This document shows, in pieces, positions 1-12,327 of a stretch of DNA of 64,000 nucleotides (within the stretch, counting starts at the first letter, position 1; each line of letters opens with the position of its first letter). The notes under the pieces were generated by a model, which worked only from the letters and a program-made list of their open reading frames with translations, was not told the origin of the DNA and did not search any database. This DNA is from Mytilus trossulus. Taxonomy: Eukaryota. Location: positions 90,706,001 through 90,770,000 of the forward strand of contig NC_086373.1 in NCBI RefSeq assembly GCF_036588685.1, in the 5' to 3' direction. The position numbers were made by a program, and so were the translations under genes.

Positions 1-754
1 CGCTTCGAGAAGTGCATTCGTCGGGATTAAGTTTTCTTTGGACCGAACAATCTATTTTTTTAATCTATAATACCTGTTTATATAAGTTATAATAAAATGT
101 ATCTTGACGATATGATCTCCGATTATTTTAAGTATTGCATTTTTTTTATGAAGTGCTATAGTCAAAATGGTATCAATATGACATTGTATGGATCTTAGTA
201 CTACATAATATATTATACAAGGGAATATAAAAAAGGTTCTCGAAGCTGGAGCAAAAAAAGCCATACAAAAATCCAAATATTACAAATCAATGGATCGTCT
301 AAGACCAAACATTCCGAAATTGACCAATACAGCTGAAATGTCTATTACTATGGATAGAACATCCTTAGTATACAAACTATTACATGAAAAAAATATACAA
401 GAGATCTAAGAAAACGAACGAAATTTCTTTTTGCTTCTATTGTAGTCTTTTGAGTATTTTTTTTTCTATTCATTCAATCTTTGTAAAGTTTATAACAAAA
501 TGACAACTACAAATGTTTTGTTACTGTAACACACGGATATTGTCAACTGCTTGCAAATTCGAAATACCGCTCAATTACCTATTCTTTGCCATAAATAATT
601 TCACAAAGCATTCACGAGGTATGATATTTATCAAGAAATAAATATTATTGTGTCAAATGTAAACGGGGTTATTTATCTTATCTGAATCAACAAGGGGAAT
701 ATAAATAATTTGATAGGATAACTGATCTAGATTCGCACAGTCATAAGTAAAAAA

Positions 755-3700
755 ATGACCGAAAACAGGCCGCTTTTGAAAACACAGCAATCGGAACAAA
801 GTACTTCTGGTTGGTTCAATAACCAATTTAAAATCAGTCTTTTTGGATTAATATATGGATGCGCTATTGAAATGAGAAGTATAACGGAAACACAGTTTGT
901 GTACGCTTATTTGAAAAATCACACGAATATCAATAACACTGTTTTGGAAACGAGAGGAAACACATCAAAATATGATGAAAAATGCCTGGACAATACAACA
1001 AATACTGGTGATTATTATATACAGGGATTGGCAACAGATTGGACGTGGTATATTACACTTGTTATATATGGCATAGGACTTCCGGTTCTTGCCTTAATTG
1101 GACCACTTTCCGATAAACTGGGACGGAAACCAATTATACTGTTTAATTTAGGACTAACTGCGATATCATTTTCCGTCCGTACTTATATTGTGTATGCAGA
1201 TCTTAATTTATATTGGTATTTATTGATGTGTTGCATTGAAGGTTTCGCTGGAAGTCACTATGCATATCATTTTGCATGTTGCTCAATATTGGCGAATTGT
1301 ACGAAAGCCGGTAAACAACGACCGTTTGCATTTGCACTTTACGAATCTATGATGGGATTAGGACTATGTCTTTCTGAAATAGGAACAGGATATCTTATTA
1401 AACTTCTAGGTTTCACATATCCATATATAATATCTACTGGTTTAAACATTATTGTTTTCATATCGTTTTGTACTTTTCAAGAGGAAAACACTGAGAAAGA
1501 GAAAACATATACACTTTCTGCTAAAACAAAAGGAGTGTATGTTTTCTGTACAAAAAAGGAATCCCTGTCAAGAAACGTCAGCTGGAAGATTTTTTCCATA
1601 ACCTTTTTAATTTTTTTCATTTACCATTTTCCTGTTTCTTCGTTCGGCTCCATTCGGACATTATATACATTAGGAATACCTTTCTGTTGGTCACCAGTAC
1701 ATATAGGATGGTATGCTGCTGGAGTTGATGTCGTTCAGTACGTGTTTAGTGTTGTGATCCTCAAATGTCTTCTGATGGTCACCAAAGATGAAACGATAAC
1801 GATTTTAGGTTTTGTTTCTAACATTGCTTTTTTGGTAATGTTCGGAATGTTCGCAGCTGATTGGTTTATATACACAGGTAAGACGCTCATAGTGTCTCAT
1901 AAAATATTATCAGTTCTAACTATTAATGAGCGAAAAAGACATTTTAACTAGAGTTTATGTGTTTATTTATATTCAAAATATTTCAGTTATTTATAGATCA
2001 TACCGAAATATGAACTGACCACAACTAAATAGTAAAGTAGTGCTGAAGTGGAGTTAAACACCAATCAATCTACCATTAATAGGCATTACCTGCGAAGTTG
2101 GCAATATAAAAATATGATTTTGTGTTTTAAACATTTAAAAAAGCTGAAATTTAATATGCCATTTCGCTATAGTCGGCCTGTTTTTGTTCAATTTTGTTAA
2201 CATTTGTCAATAATGTATATTGGTTTGCAAGTCAATAATTCCACTCAGTTAAATCCATATCCATGCGAACTTCAACTTAACCCTCAACTTGGATGGGCTT
2301 ACGTATTGGTTCAATATGTTTGGTTATTAAAAAGAAAAGAATGGAAACACTGAATAAATGAAACAAGGCTGCCACAGGGAAGATCACTTTCGTAATCTGA
2401 TTCTGCACAGATAAAAAATCAATCAAATAGAAAAAAAACCCGATGGTTAACATATACTCTAAATCTATGACATGAAATCAAACAGACCCAGTAAAATCGT
2501 TATTAAACGATTTATTCGTGCTTCCTTATGTATTCCTGTTTATATATTTCTTTACATACAAAATTTAAGAAAATATATAGTGTTCATATAGAACCATGTT
2601 AAAAGCTAAGTACCATCTACACTCTCTGTTCTCATTTTCATTATTTGTTTTAATTCTGCATTATTAAATGATTAATTGATTTGATAATGTTTGAGTTTTG
2701 ACTACTGTGTTTTCCTATTTTAGCCACAGCTATTGGAGTAATTCGAATTTTACCAAATCCTCTATTGAAATCATTTTTGTCCAGGATGGTTTTAAGAGAC
2801 AAACAAGGTATGTGCAAAGGGGGTCTCATTAGCGGGTTCTGATCCCGGATCCCGCTTACTGCTTTGTCCGATTCCCGTATCCGGCTTACACTTTGTATGT
2901 AAGCAATTCTCATTTTTTTGTAATTTCCCGTGTTCCACTAGACTTCATTTCCCGTTTCCACGGTACAAACAAATTTACTTTCACGTGTCACGCTTACAAA
3001 AAATCGACAATCCCGCGTCACGCTTAGACCCCAACGAGACTCGCTTCAAAGTATGTTTGTATGAGGTAATACTGTAGGTCTGAACCCATAAAAATAAGCT
3101 CATAGAGTAAAATAATTCAAGGAATACACAAATAAAATAACCTTCCCATATTTTTAAAAGAAGAAACAGGGTCAACAAATTCATTATATGAAAGTTACAG
3201 TTTTCTTCAAATTCAAAATAATGTCATGAAGAACATTTCGTTGATTTTTTAACGTTTATCACTGAACTGTTGAAATTTACTACATAAACAAGCTTCAAAC
3301 AAAACATTTTCAGTTTCAATTTACTTTGACTCTTTCCCTTTAATGAGTATATGTAATTGAGTTAGTAATCAAAGTAAAACTAGAAAATCAGCAACGGAAT
3401 ACACAATTGTAACAATAAGTGTCAAATGATTAAAATCTTTTCTATAACTTCAAATATTCTACTTAATTGTAAGTATTTAAAAATCTCGAATTTCCTCTCG
3501 AAAGACCCTTCAGAAAAAATAAACTAATAAAATACGTACACAAACATGAAATTAGTTTTTGTTTTATTCATAGGAACCCTTTTCTCTAATATATACCTTA
3601 TAGAAGCAACATGCAGGCTTGGTGGTGTAACAGTATTTAACAACATATACCATCAAACACGACCAATATTCAAAGGAATGGTTTTCATTATTATGGCCAG

Positions 3701-4601
3701 TTTTAGTACGTGTGCTGTAGTTCTTTTCATGTGAGTTTAAAAAAAAAGAGTGGTATAGTCCTTGTTTTTCATTTTAACATTGTCGTCGTGATCTTCATTT
3801 AAACATTCTTTAAGAAAACGGAAATAAAATTATGAAATAAATTCGCATCAAATATTTGCCATCAATAATGTAATCAATCAAACATTTCGGATTAGAAGTA
3901 TCATATTTTCAGAGTTAAACTCATTGGAATTAAATTATTGCTCTGTGCCTAACTATTTCAAACTAGCATTTACGAAGTGGTATGTGGAAGGAGCGCAGGT
4001 TTAAAAAAATGGTCGAAACCATTAAAATTGAACAATCTATGATAAAATTAGAGATATGGAAAAGTTAAGGTAAGATTTAAAAAAAAATCCAATTCAATTT
4101 AAGAAAACGTCAATATTCATGTCAATTGCACTTATCATGTTTATTATAAGTACACTATCTTTCAGATGCACACAGCGTACCAGAACTCAGACAGAACAAC
4201 AGGAAATTGTAGTTGATGAACCAACAGTACAAAACCAAAAAGATGTCAAAGAATCCCAAAACAATGAATATATAACAACGTAATGGGGCTATTGACATTG
4301 AGATATATTTGTAATTAATAAAGCAGACAAGGGTTACTTGCGTTAAATATACAGTCAAATCTGCTTTAGATACCACATGTATTGAGCAAAAAAACTGTGA
4401 AACTTTTTTGCTCTCCTAAAGTGGTCTCTTTAAACAGGTTTCACTGTACTTTTATTGCATAGCAGACTTTCAAGATATGACTTTGAAAATGTCAAAATGT
4501 TTCAGTTTTCATATAAATAAAAATTCCATTAAAATCAATTTTATTTCGATGGATGAGGATGTTTGTATTTTAGCATACTAGTACTCAGGAAAAGAGCATA
4601 G
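755..4601 (+). CDS. SLC46-family (PCFT/SLC46A3-like) MFS transporter, paralogue 1; exons 755-1877, 2724-2807, 3574-3730, terminal exon 4574-4601 (alternative 4701-4737)
   Basis: Hydrophobic multi-TM ORF with GPLSDKLGRKP (MFS motif A) and PFCW. GT-AG exons of 84 nt (..LLKSFLSRMVLRDKQG) and 157 nt (TLFSNIY..FNNIY..KGMVF) keep the frame and match the SLC46 C-terminal helices. The terminal exon is ambiguous because a 120-bp hairpin overlaps it. Confidence 0.85.
2821..3042 (-). mobile_element. ~220-bp MITE (TIR GGGTCTCATTGGGG-like), copy 1
   Basis: Ends gggtctcatt...ccaacgagactc. It is the reverse complement of the element at 40861-41083 and lies 13 nt downstream of the exon 2 donor. Confidence 0.75.
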
Positions 4602-4696
4602 AGAAAACTATTATTAGGACAGTTCAACAGAACGAAAAGCGTTTGTTGAACTGTCCTGATAATATTTTTATCTATGCTCTTTTCCTGAGTACTAGT
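4577..4696. repeat. 120-bp near-perfect palindrome/hairpin
   Basis: Arms of ~57 bp (actagtactcaggaaaagagcataga...ggacagttcaaca) with 3 mismatches and 1 indel, and a 5-nt loop (aaaag). Confidence 0.92.
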
Positions 4697-4959
4697 CCAG
4701 TGAAAATGAACGTCCCGCTAAACTTCAAAACATATAAATGAAGAACATATACAGGACTAGATAAGGCCAGACATGGGACGCGAAAAAACGCAGCGGGAAT
4801 AAACATGTTTAGTGAGATCTCAACCTTCCTCTTATACCTCAGACCGATGTAGAGTGTCTTTGCAACAACTATTTAGTGTTTCTTTGGTGGAGACTTACTG
4901 ATTTTTTTTTATTCTAAAATACCAGTCATTATCATAACCGTCTTTAAGTGGCAGTGTAA

Positions 4960-5580
4960 AACGTAAATAACAAAAATACCGAACTCTATGGAAAATTCCA
5001 ATCGGAGAGTCCCTTGTCCGTGTTCTTTTTTTGTAAAATTGTTTGTTTTAAGATTGTAACACAGTGATGACTGCTGTACCCATATTTTGACTATTTTATT
5101 TATTATGTCTGTTTGGTTCACATATTGTTGCAAGTATAATGGAATTTGATGAGACTGTTGTAAAAGTGAGAGGTTTAGAGCTATAAAACCAGGTTAAATC
5201 CACCATTTTCTACATTTGAAAATGCCTGTACTAAGTCAGGAATATGACATTTGTTGTGCATTCGTTTGATGTGTTTTGTCAATTGATTTTGCCATGTGAT
5301 TAGGGACTTTCCGATTGCATTTTTCTCGGAGTTCAGTATTTTTGTGATTTTACTTTTTGTCAAATAGCAAAATCAAAAGCTCAAATACATAAAACGAACG
5401 GAAAACAACTGTTATATTCCTGTTTTGGTTCAGGCATTTCCTTATTTAGAAGAATATAGATTAAACCTGAATTAAAAAGCTAGCTACACATCTCACTTGT
5501 GTGACAGTCGCATCCAATATCGTTGTATTGACAATGTGTTATTGAAAAGAACAAGACATAATACCAGTAGGTAAAAATGC
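4960..5580. repeat. Dispersed repeat family B (aaatactgaactccgaggaaaattcaaaacggaaagtccc...), a reverse copy nested in a forward copy
   Basis: The same sequence recurs at about 27410, 38340, 44776, 47148 and 49678. Confidence 0.65.
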
Positions 5581-6891
5581 AAAAAATAAGAGCACTTTCT
5601 GCTTGTCATCGCATTACGTATTATTGACTTTGCTCTTAAAATTCGTACTCTATTAGGACTTCTTTTTTTAATAATTTTTGTATTCCCTTTGTAGACACAA
5701 CATGCGTCTGTTGTATACAATTTTAATCCTGGTATATATGATGAGCTTATTTACATAACCTATTTGGTGATACATGACCTTTTTGCCTTGTTATTGTGTC
5801 CGTTACACTAATGAGTTGTCGTTTTCAGTCGTTCTTCTTCATAAGGTTTCCCAAAGCACACCGAAAAATGAAGTCAAAATTGTGTGAACACGCAAGTGCG
5901 TAATGTTTAAATGATGCATATTAACACCATACGATTGATTATAGGATATGTTCCTGCTGAGAAATGGGAAGTTGATAATCTCAAAGTTGAATTCATAAAG
6001 TTTATCGTAGATTCTAGTTTGAAGTCGTCAAATAGTGTCAATACCGATGGAAAGTTCAAAATATGAAGCAGGTCCTTTTCTCTAGGTAGTATCCTTATTC
6101 TCAAGATTACTAGTATATGAGATGTAATCACACATTGTAATATTGGCTATTGTGTGGCAGAACATCAACAATTTATATGAATCGAAAATGTAAATTTTGC
6201 AAGATGCTTTTTGTCTATGAAAATGTCTTGTATTTTTATAACGAGTAAAAAAAACCAAAAGCAAATAAGTGGTAAACAATTAGTACCCACATCACATCAC
6301 GGAATGTCGACATGTCGATGAATATGTCCAGCATTTTGATAATATCATCTTCGGTGTCATTTTTGTGGGATTCAATGTGCTTCTATACAAAGTAAACTTA
6401 AATTTGTATCAGCGTTTCCCAATAATAATAATTACATGTAAGATGTTATTTTCATATGATTATTGCATCGTAATTGTCAATAATTTGTGAACTGAAGCCA
6501 ATTTAAAGTCATATTATCTTGAAATTAAAAAAAAATCAGTCCGGTCGTCCAAAACACTTTAGGTAGAAATTTTGACTGCTTTTAAAGGGAATGGTTTCAT
6601 ATTTGGACTACATCTTGATAATGTTGAGTTGTATCCTGTAAGTAATTATCTGTGAAGTCACTTTCTGTTTCTAGAGAGCTTGAAATTAACAGCACTCATT
6701 ATTGAACGTATCAAATGTATATTGTCTCGTATACATTTTCGTTGCTTTCTTTAGTCATATATTTGTCCTCACTTTATAGATCTATTTCTATCATACATCA
6801 TAGTTCACGATTAGTAAGTAGATAACCTATATATCAGAAAACATGATAAATATATAACATTTTAGCATACATGAAATAATCACATAAAATC

Positions 6892-9800
6892 ATGGATGAA
6901 AAAACTTCATTGGTTCAAAAACAGAATAGACCAAGCCGTTGGACCCGTGAATTCGTTTTATCTTACGCATTACTATATGGATTTGCTTTAAATATAACCG
7001 GTCGAGCCGAACCTCAGTTTATCTACGCATACTTGAAGGAACATACTGATTTGAATGAAACAAATAATGTAACTACATCAATACCGAAGGAATGTGGTCG
7101 GAATAATGAGGATAGCATACAGAAACAAGCTTCTAGTTGGACTTGGTATTTCACAGTTTCAGAGTATGGAGTGGCCATACCTATTGTGATTTTGGTTGGT
7201 CCGATGGCTGATCGAGTGGGCCGAAAGCCTATTTTATTGTGGAATGCAGTATTTACATTTCTATCATTTGCATTTCGGACAGTAATTGTATATATGTCTA
7301 TGGATCTTTATTGGTTGATTATTGCTCATGTAGTGAGTGGTATATCAGGAACTTTCTACACGTTTGATTTAGCAAACCATGCCATAATGGCAGACATTAC
7401 AGATAACACAGAAAGATCGTTTATTATGGTAATTTTCGATTCTTTTCTTGGAATTTCAGTTACCTGTGCACAGTTACTCACTGGATATTTAATAGAATTG
7501 ACAGGATATACTTATCCATTTTTAATAACATCAGTTGTTCTCTTGTTGTATATTTTGATAGTTCATGTTACACTAACTGATACACGCAGACAACTTGATA
7601 CAGGAACTAAGCTTTCGATATCGTCTTTTCTGATGCAGATATTTACCTTATTTCGTCAAAAATCTATAGTGACTGTGTCTATTTTTCATTTCATTTTATT
7701 TTTCATTGTGTATATTTTATACTATTTTCCATTTAACTCATTTGTGACAATTAGAACGCTATACCAACTTGGTCCGCCATTTTGTTGGAATCCAGTACAC
7801 GTGGGCTGGTTTGGAGCAGGTGAAGATATAGAATTATTCATAGTGGCAACCTTCATTATGAAAATTTTACAGTATGTTATCGTAGATGAAACGATTGCCG
7901 TATTAGGGTTGGTTTCTTCAGTTGGTTGTTTTGTATTTTATGGTCTGTCAGACACTGACTGGATGCTTTATGGAGGTATTTATGCTACTAAGTTTATAGA
8001 TTGATTTTCACTTCAACTTCACTTACACTAGAATATCATTAAAATGATTTGTCATCTGCATGATACGATACTCATTTCTTCAAAATTTATCTAGGTTTTT
8101 TTTGGCGTAAATTTATACTTTTTTGCAAATTTGTAGAAACTGGGTACGTAATTGATCCTATAGATTGACACTGCATTGTACATGTACATAAGCTACACAC
8201 GTATGCCGACAGCAAATAGTTCACTTAAACTCAAGAACAGCATTGTAAATTAATCAAGATTAGACAATAAAGCAACGAGACATTTTAAACGATAAGCACT
8301 ATTATGAAGGTGGTATTTATTAACTTAGACCACTCTTGTTGAGTCCTAGGCAAAATGAATCAACCAACTTCGGGATAAATAGTCATATTAACGATGCACA
8401 TTCAAAACACACCAAGTAGATGATGAACATAATGAGCTATTAGTACTTTCAAACTAATTAAACTATATTATAATTTTTTTCAGCCACAGCAGTTGGTTTG
8501 TTAAGGATTCTTTGTATACCGTTACTGAAAGCGATCATGTCTAGATTAGTTATTACTGAAAAACAAGGTAAAATAATACAAATATATAGCCACTGGGTAT
8601 TTGATTAAAAAAATATGAGAATGTTAATATATTAAGGTATGGTATGATATACTGTCTAGAACGACACGATTTATGCAAGATACGGAAGGAATGGTGAAAT
8701 CTTTGTCATTATACATGAGTAAGTGTGCTACTATAATAATTTAGATGATGCATAAAAATTATTATCCTGGTACCTTTGCTAACTATTTACAACATTGGGC
8801 TGATGCCACTGCTGCTGGAGGTTTCGTCCCCGATGATATCACCAACCAAGTAGTCATCACTTCGGTATTGATATGAATATCAATTATATGGTCGTTTTTA
8901 TAAATTTTTCGAAGACAAAGGATTTCTTATCCCAGGCATATATTACCTTAGCTGTATTTGGTACAACTTTAATTGTGGGTCCTCAAAGCTCTTCAACTTT
9001 GTACTAGTGTGGCTTTATAATTATTTTGATATGAACGTCACTGGTGAGTCTGATGTAGACGAAACGCGCGTCTGGCATTTGTTAAATGTTATCTGGCCGA
9101 TTATTTGTGATTTTGTTCCATACAACTGCATGATATTACTGATCAACACTTTATTTTAAATGCTACTTAACTGTTTGTATTTATTTTGCATTTTCTTGTT
9201 AGGTGTGTTGTTTTCCAATATCTGTCTTGTAGCAGCCGCTTGTGCGGTGGGAGGTTCATCAGTGTTCAACAATATTTACTATGAAACAAGACCTTTATAC
9301 AAAGGTTTGGTATTTTTCGTGATGGCTGGATTCCAGTTACTGGGCACCATTTTGATACTGTAAGTTTATTTCTCCTTTCAAGTACGGAACCATTGAAAAT
9401 CCACAGTTCACGATTAAAACAACTAATCATTTGATATCATTTGAAAAGAAGGGAATATGTATAGTTTTACAAAACTATTGTTGAGGGTTAAATAATTCTT
9501 CTTTTTTTGTCATCGCCATCGTGTGGAACAGTAGATGAAAAACATGAGTCGATGTTCACCATAATAATTGCTGCAGGCGTAGGAAGTTAATTAAAAGTGT
9601 TTCTTTTATTATACCCACAAATCGAATGCGGTCAATGTTATGTATGTTCATTTCGTGAAGATTTTTTTAAATTAATTTTAAAGGCTTTCTTTTTTTATAG
9701 AACAAATATTCAACAAGCCACACTGAGTTAGTTGATTGTCATGTATAAACTCTTTTTATCAATCGAAAACAAATAATTATATATTAACTCTTATTCTAAA

Positions 9801-10000
9801 GGTTTGTTTGTATCAGAAAATGTTTAAAAAGCTATACTGATTTGGTTATCATGTATATTTAGTTTCAAACAAGAAATATTGTTGATTTATTTAACTATTT
9901 TTATTTCTAAAGGTACGCCATTTTGAGAAAGTCTTCAACAAGCCACACTGACTTGGTGGTCCACAATCCTGACGTTCAGACAGAAAGAATTGAAAAATGA
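6892..10000 (+). CDS. SLC46-family MFS transporter, paralogue 2 (~470 aa); exons 6892-7975, 8484-8567, 9203-9359, 9913-10000
   Basis: GPMADRVGRKP and PPFCW motifs; canonical splice sites; 84/157-nt internal exons; open frame to TGA at 9998-10000. Confidence 0.92.
8757..9077 (+). repeat. Degenerate dispersed monomer of the 355-bp hammerhead repeat
   Basis: Reverse complement of the 62.2-63.2 kb unit; the catalytic core is mutated (ctggtgag...gacgaaacgcgcgtctggc). Confidence 0.75.
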
Positions 10001-12327
10001 TGTCCATACTATAGTTGAATTATCTCTTAATATTCAGTTTGTCCATGAAAAAAAATACACACACTACTGACTTTCTTGACAAAGGTTCTGTAAAATATAT
10101 TGTTGAATGTGTCACAATACAACTAAAGTATAAACTAATCTTGGAGGACTGTCGGGACAAGTGAACGATTGGATAAAATCACTCATCATTTCATATATTC
10201 TTAAGAACGTTTTGAATGTGAATAATTTCTCTGTTTATTGGAATCAAGCTATAAACAAATGAATGAAAATAATATTCTTGGTTAAACTAAAACTTTAATT
10301 TCTGTTATAAATTAAAAACAACACTACAATAAGGATGTATGGATATATTTTATCAGTTAAAATGATTACCAATGAGGACGAAAGTAAGTTAGAAGCAATA
10401 GATATTTGGATATCATTGAACCTATGAAACAAATCAATTCGAAAGTGGATCAAGGAAGACATTTTTGCATGATATGTTTGAGTGTCGAATAAGTGTTTAC
10501 AGCTAAAATGTGATCGATCTATCTCCTACTTCTCCTCACATAAAATTTATCTTGAATTAAAAATACATTTCATAAAAACAAAATCATATTGAAAAGATAT
10601 TTAGTAAAATACACTTTAAAATGTCACCAAATATAAATTGTGCAAGGTCTATAAGTTGAACGACAGACTGCGCCTTTGTCTGCATAGGACTCACCACTGC
10701 CACCCGAATAAAAAGTTAGGCTGCCAAACTGAATACGTTTTTGAAAAGCATTGAAAACCAAACAGTTGAGCCAAATATGAGTAAGGTCATAGGAGCGTGT
10801 AGAGTAAAAAACCCTTCGTGCTTCGAATAACTATCAACATAAAATTTATAGACATAAATGACTGTATCAATAATATTATATGTCAATACAGGAATGCACA
10901 AAATAAGCTCGTAATCACCCTCTGGACAAAACTATAAACAGCATTGGCATAGGTGCATTGTTTGTAAAAACTCATTTAAGACACAGGCGTATTTTTGGTA
11001 CGCCAGGGTCGCGTTTCTACATACGGCCGCTCGAATCAGTTATTGTTGTATTTTGACTTTGTATTTTATGTCTTATACTAATAATAAATCCAGAAAATTT
11101 AAAGTTTATATATTCAACAAAGTTAAAGCACATAAAATAGTTAAAACTGAATTGAGTTCTGTTAGCTTGCTTATTTAAACTGTCATAAGCAGAAAGGTTT
11201 CGAAATCTAATTTTAGAAAATCATGAACTTCTAATATGATGTAGATAAATGTTTAACAACTTATATTATATCATTGCCTTATATATACAACACACACATA
11301 TGATGACAGCAAACACATGCACAATATGGCTTTACAGTAATGAAAATTAAAGGAAGAAGTCACATTGGAATGATAACAACAAAACTTTTGAAAAAGCAAT
11401 TAAGCAGAGAGAAAATAAAAAGACAAAAACAAAACTGTCGACTAGAACTGTTAAAATCTTTTTGACTGTTTTATAAAACGACATATACCAATTTAGAAAA
11501 AGTTTCGTAATTATGTATGCATCTTTTCCAAGACAATAGCGTTTCAATATCAATGTGTATGTTCAGATTTATAAGATCATTCGCCAGAGATATTCTTTGA
11601 TTGACATATTACTAACATACTAGAAAGTAATTGATGGCATCTTGAACAGGAGCACCTCAACAGGATTCAAATCATTCACTGTGTTTACCTTATTAAGTAC
11701 GCTTTTATTGAACTGCTCTAAGTCTAGTATGCATTTAATTTAATTTTCTGGACTCTTCACCATAATATGTCAGAGGTGAATGGTCACCTTTTGCTTTCGT
11801 TTAAATTGTCGGATAGTTGGTGTGTTTCTTATATTTGGATTTGAATTATTCCATGTTCTGACAATAGATGGTACGAATAACCTTTGAGTCACTTATAGTC
11901 TACATTTGGGGGCTTTGCCATTGTTTCTTGGGTTGAGTCTACTGGCATCAGATGTACCTGACAGTAGACAGTGGACAAGATTTATGATGCATTTGATAGA
12001 AAATGTGGTCGAATGCAATGTTGAAGATAATTAGTAGCATTGATATGTAGACGAAACGCGCGTCGGCGTATTAAATTATAATCCTGGTACCTTTGATAAC
12101 TATTGATATCACTGCTTCTACAATTTTAAACAAATCACTGTTACTTTAAAATATTTAAATTCAAATGTTATTTTTAGCATTATCTATTATAAAATGTTGA
12201 TGTTTGCACACAATGACACGTGTGTACTGTAAATATTAAGATAAAATGATATACAGTAAACTATGCATGTAGTGAGTGACCTAATACAATTTGGGATAAA
12301 ACAGGCTCCCTGGAATAATTTTTAATA

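Noticed and set aside
1878-1951. C-terminal ends of the eight long ORFs as given in the ORF track (for example ..GKTLIVSHKIL..)
   Set aside because: These are read-through into intron 1. Each ORF has a GT donor at the same phase-1 position and continues in an 84-nt exon.
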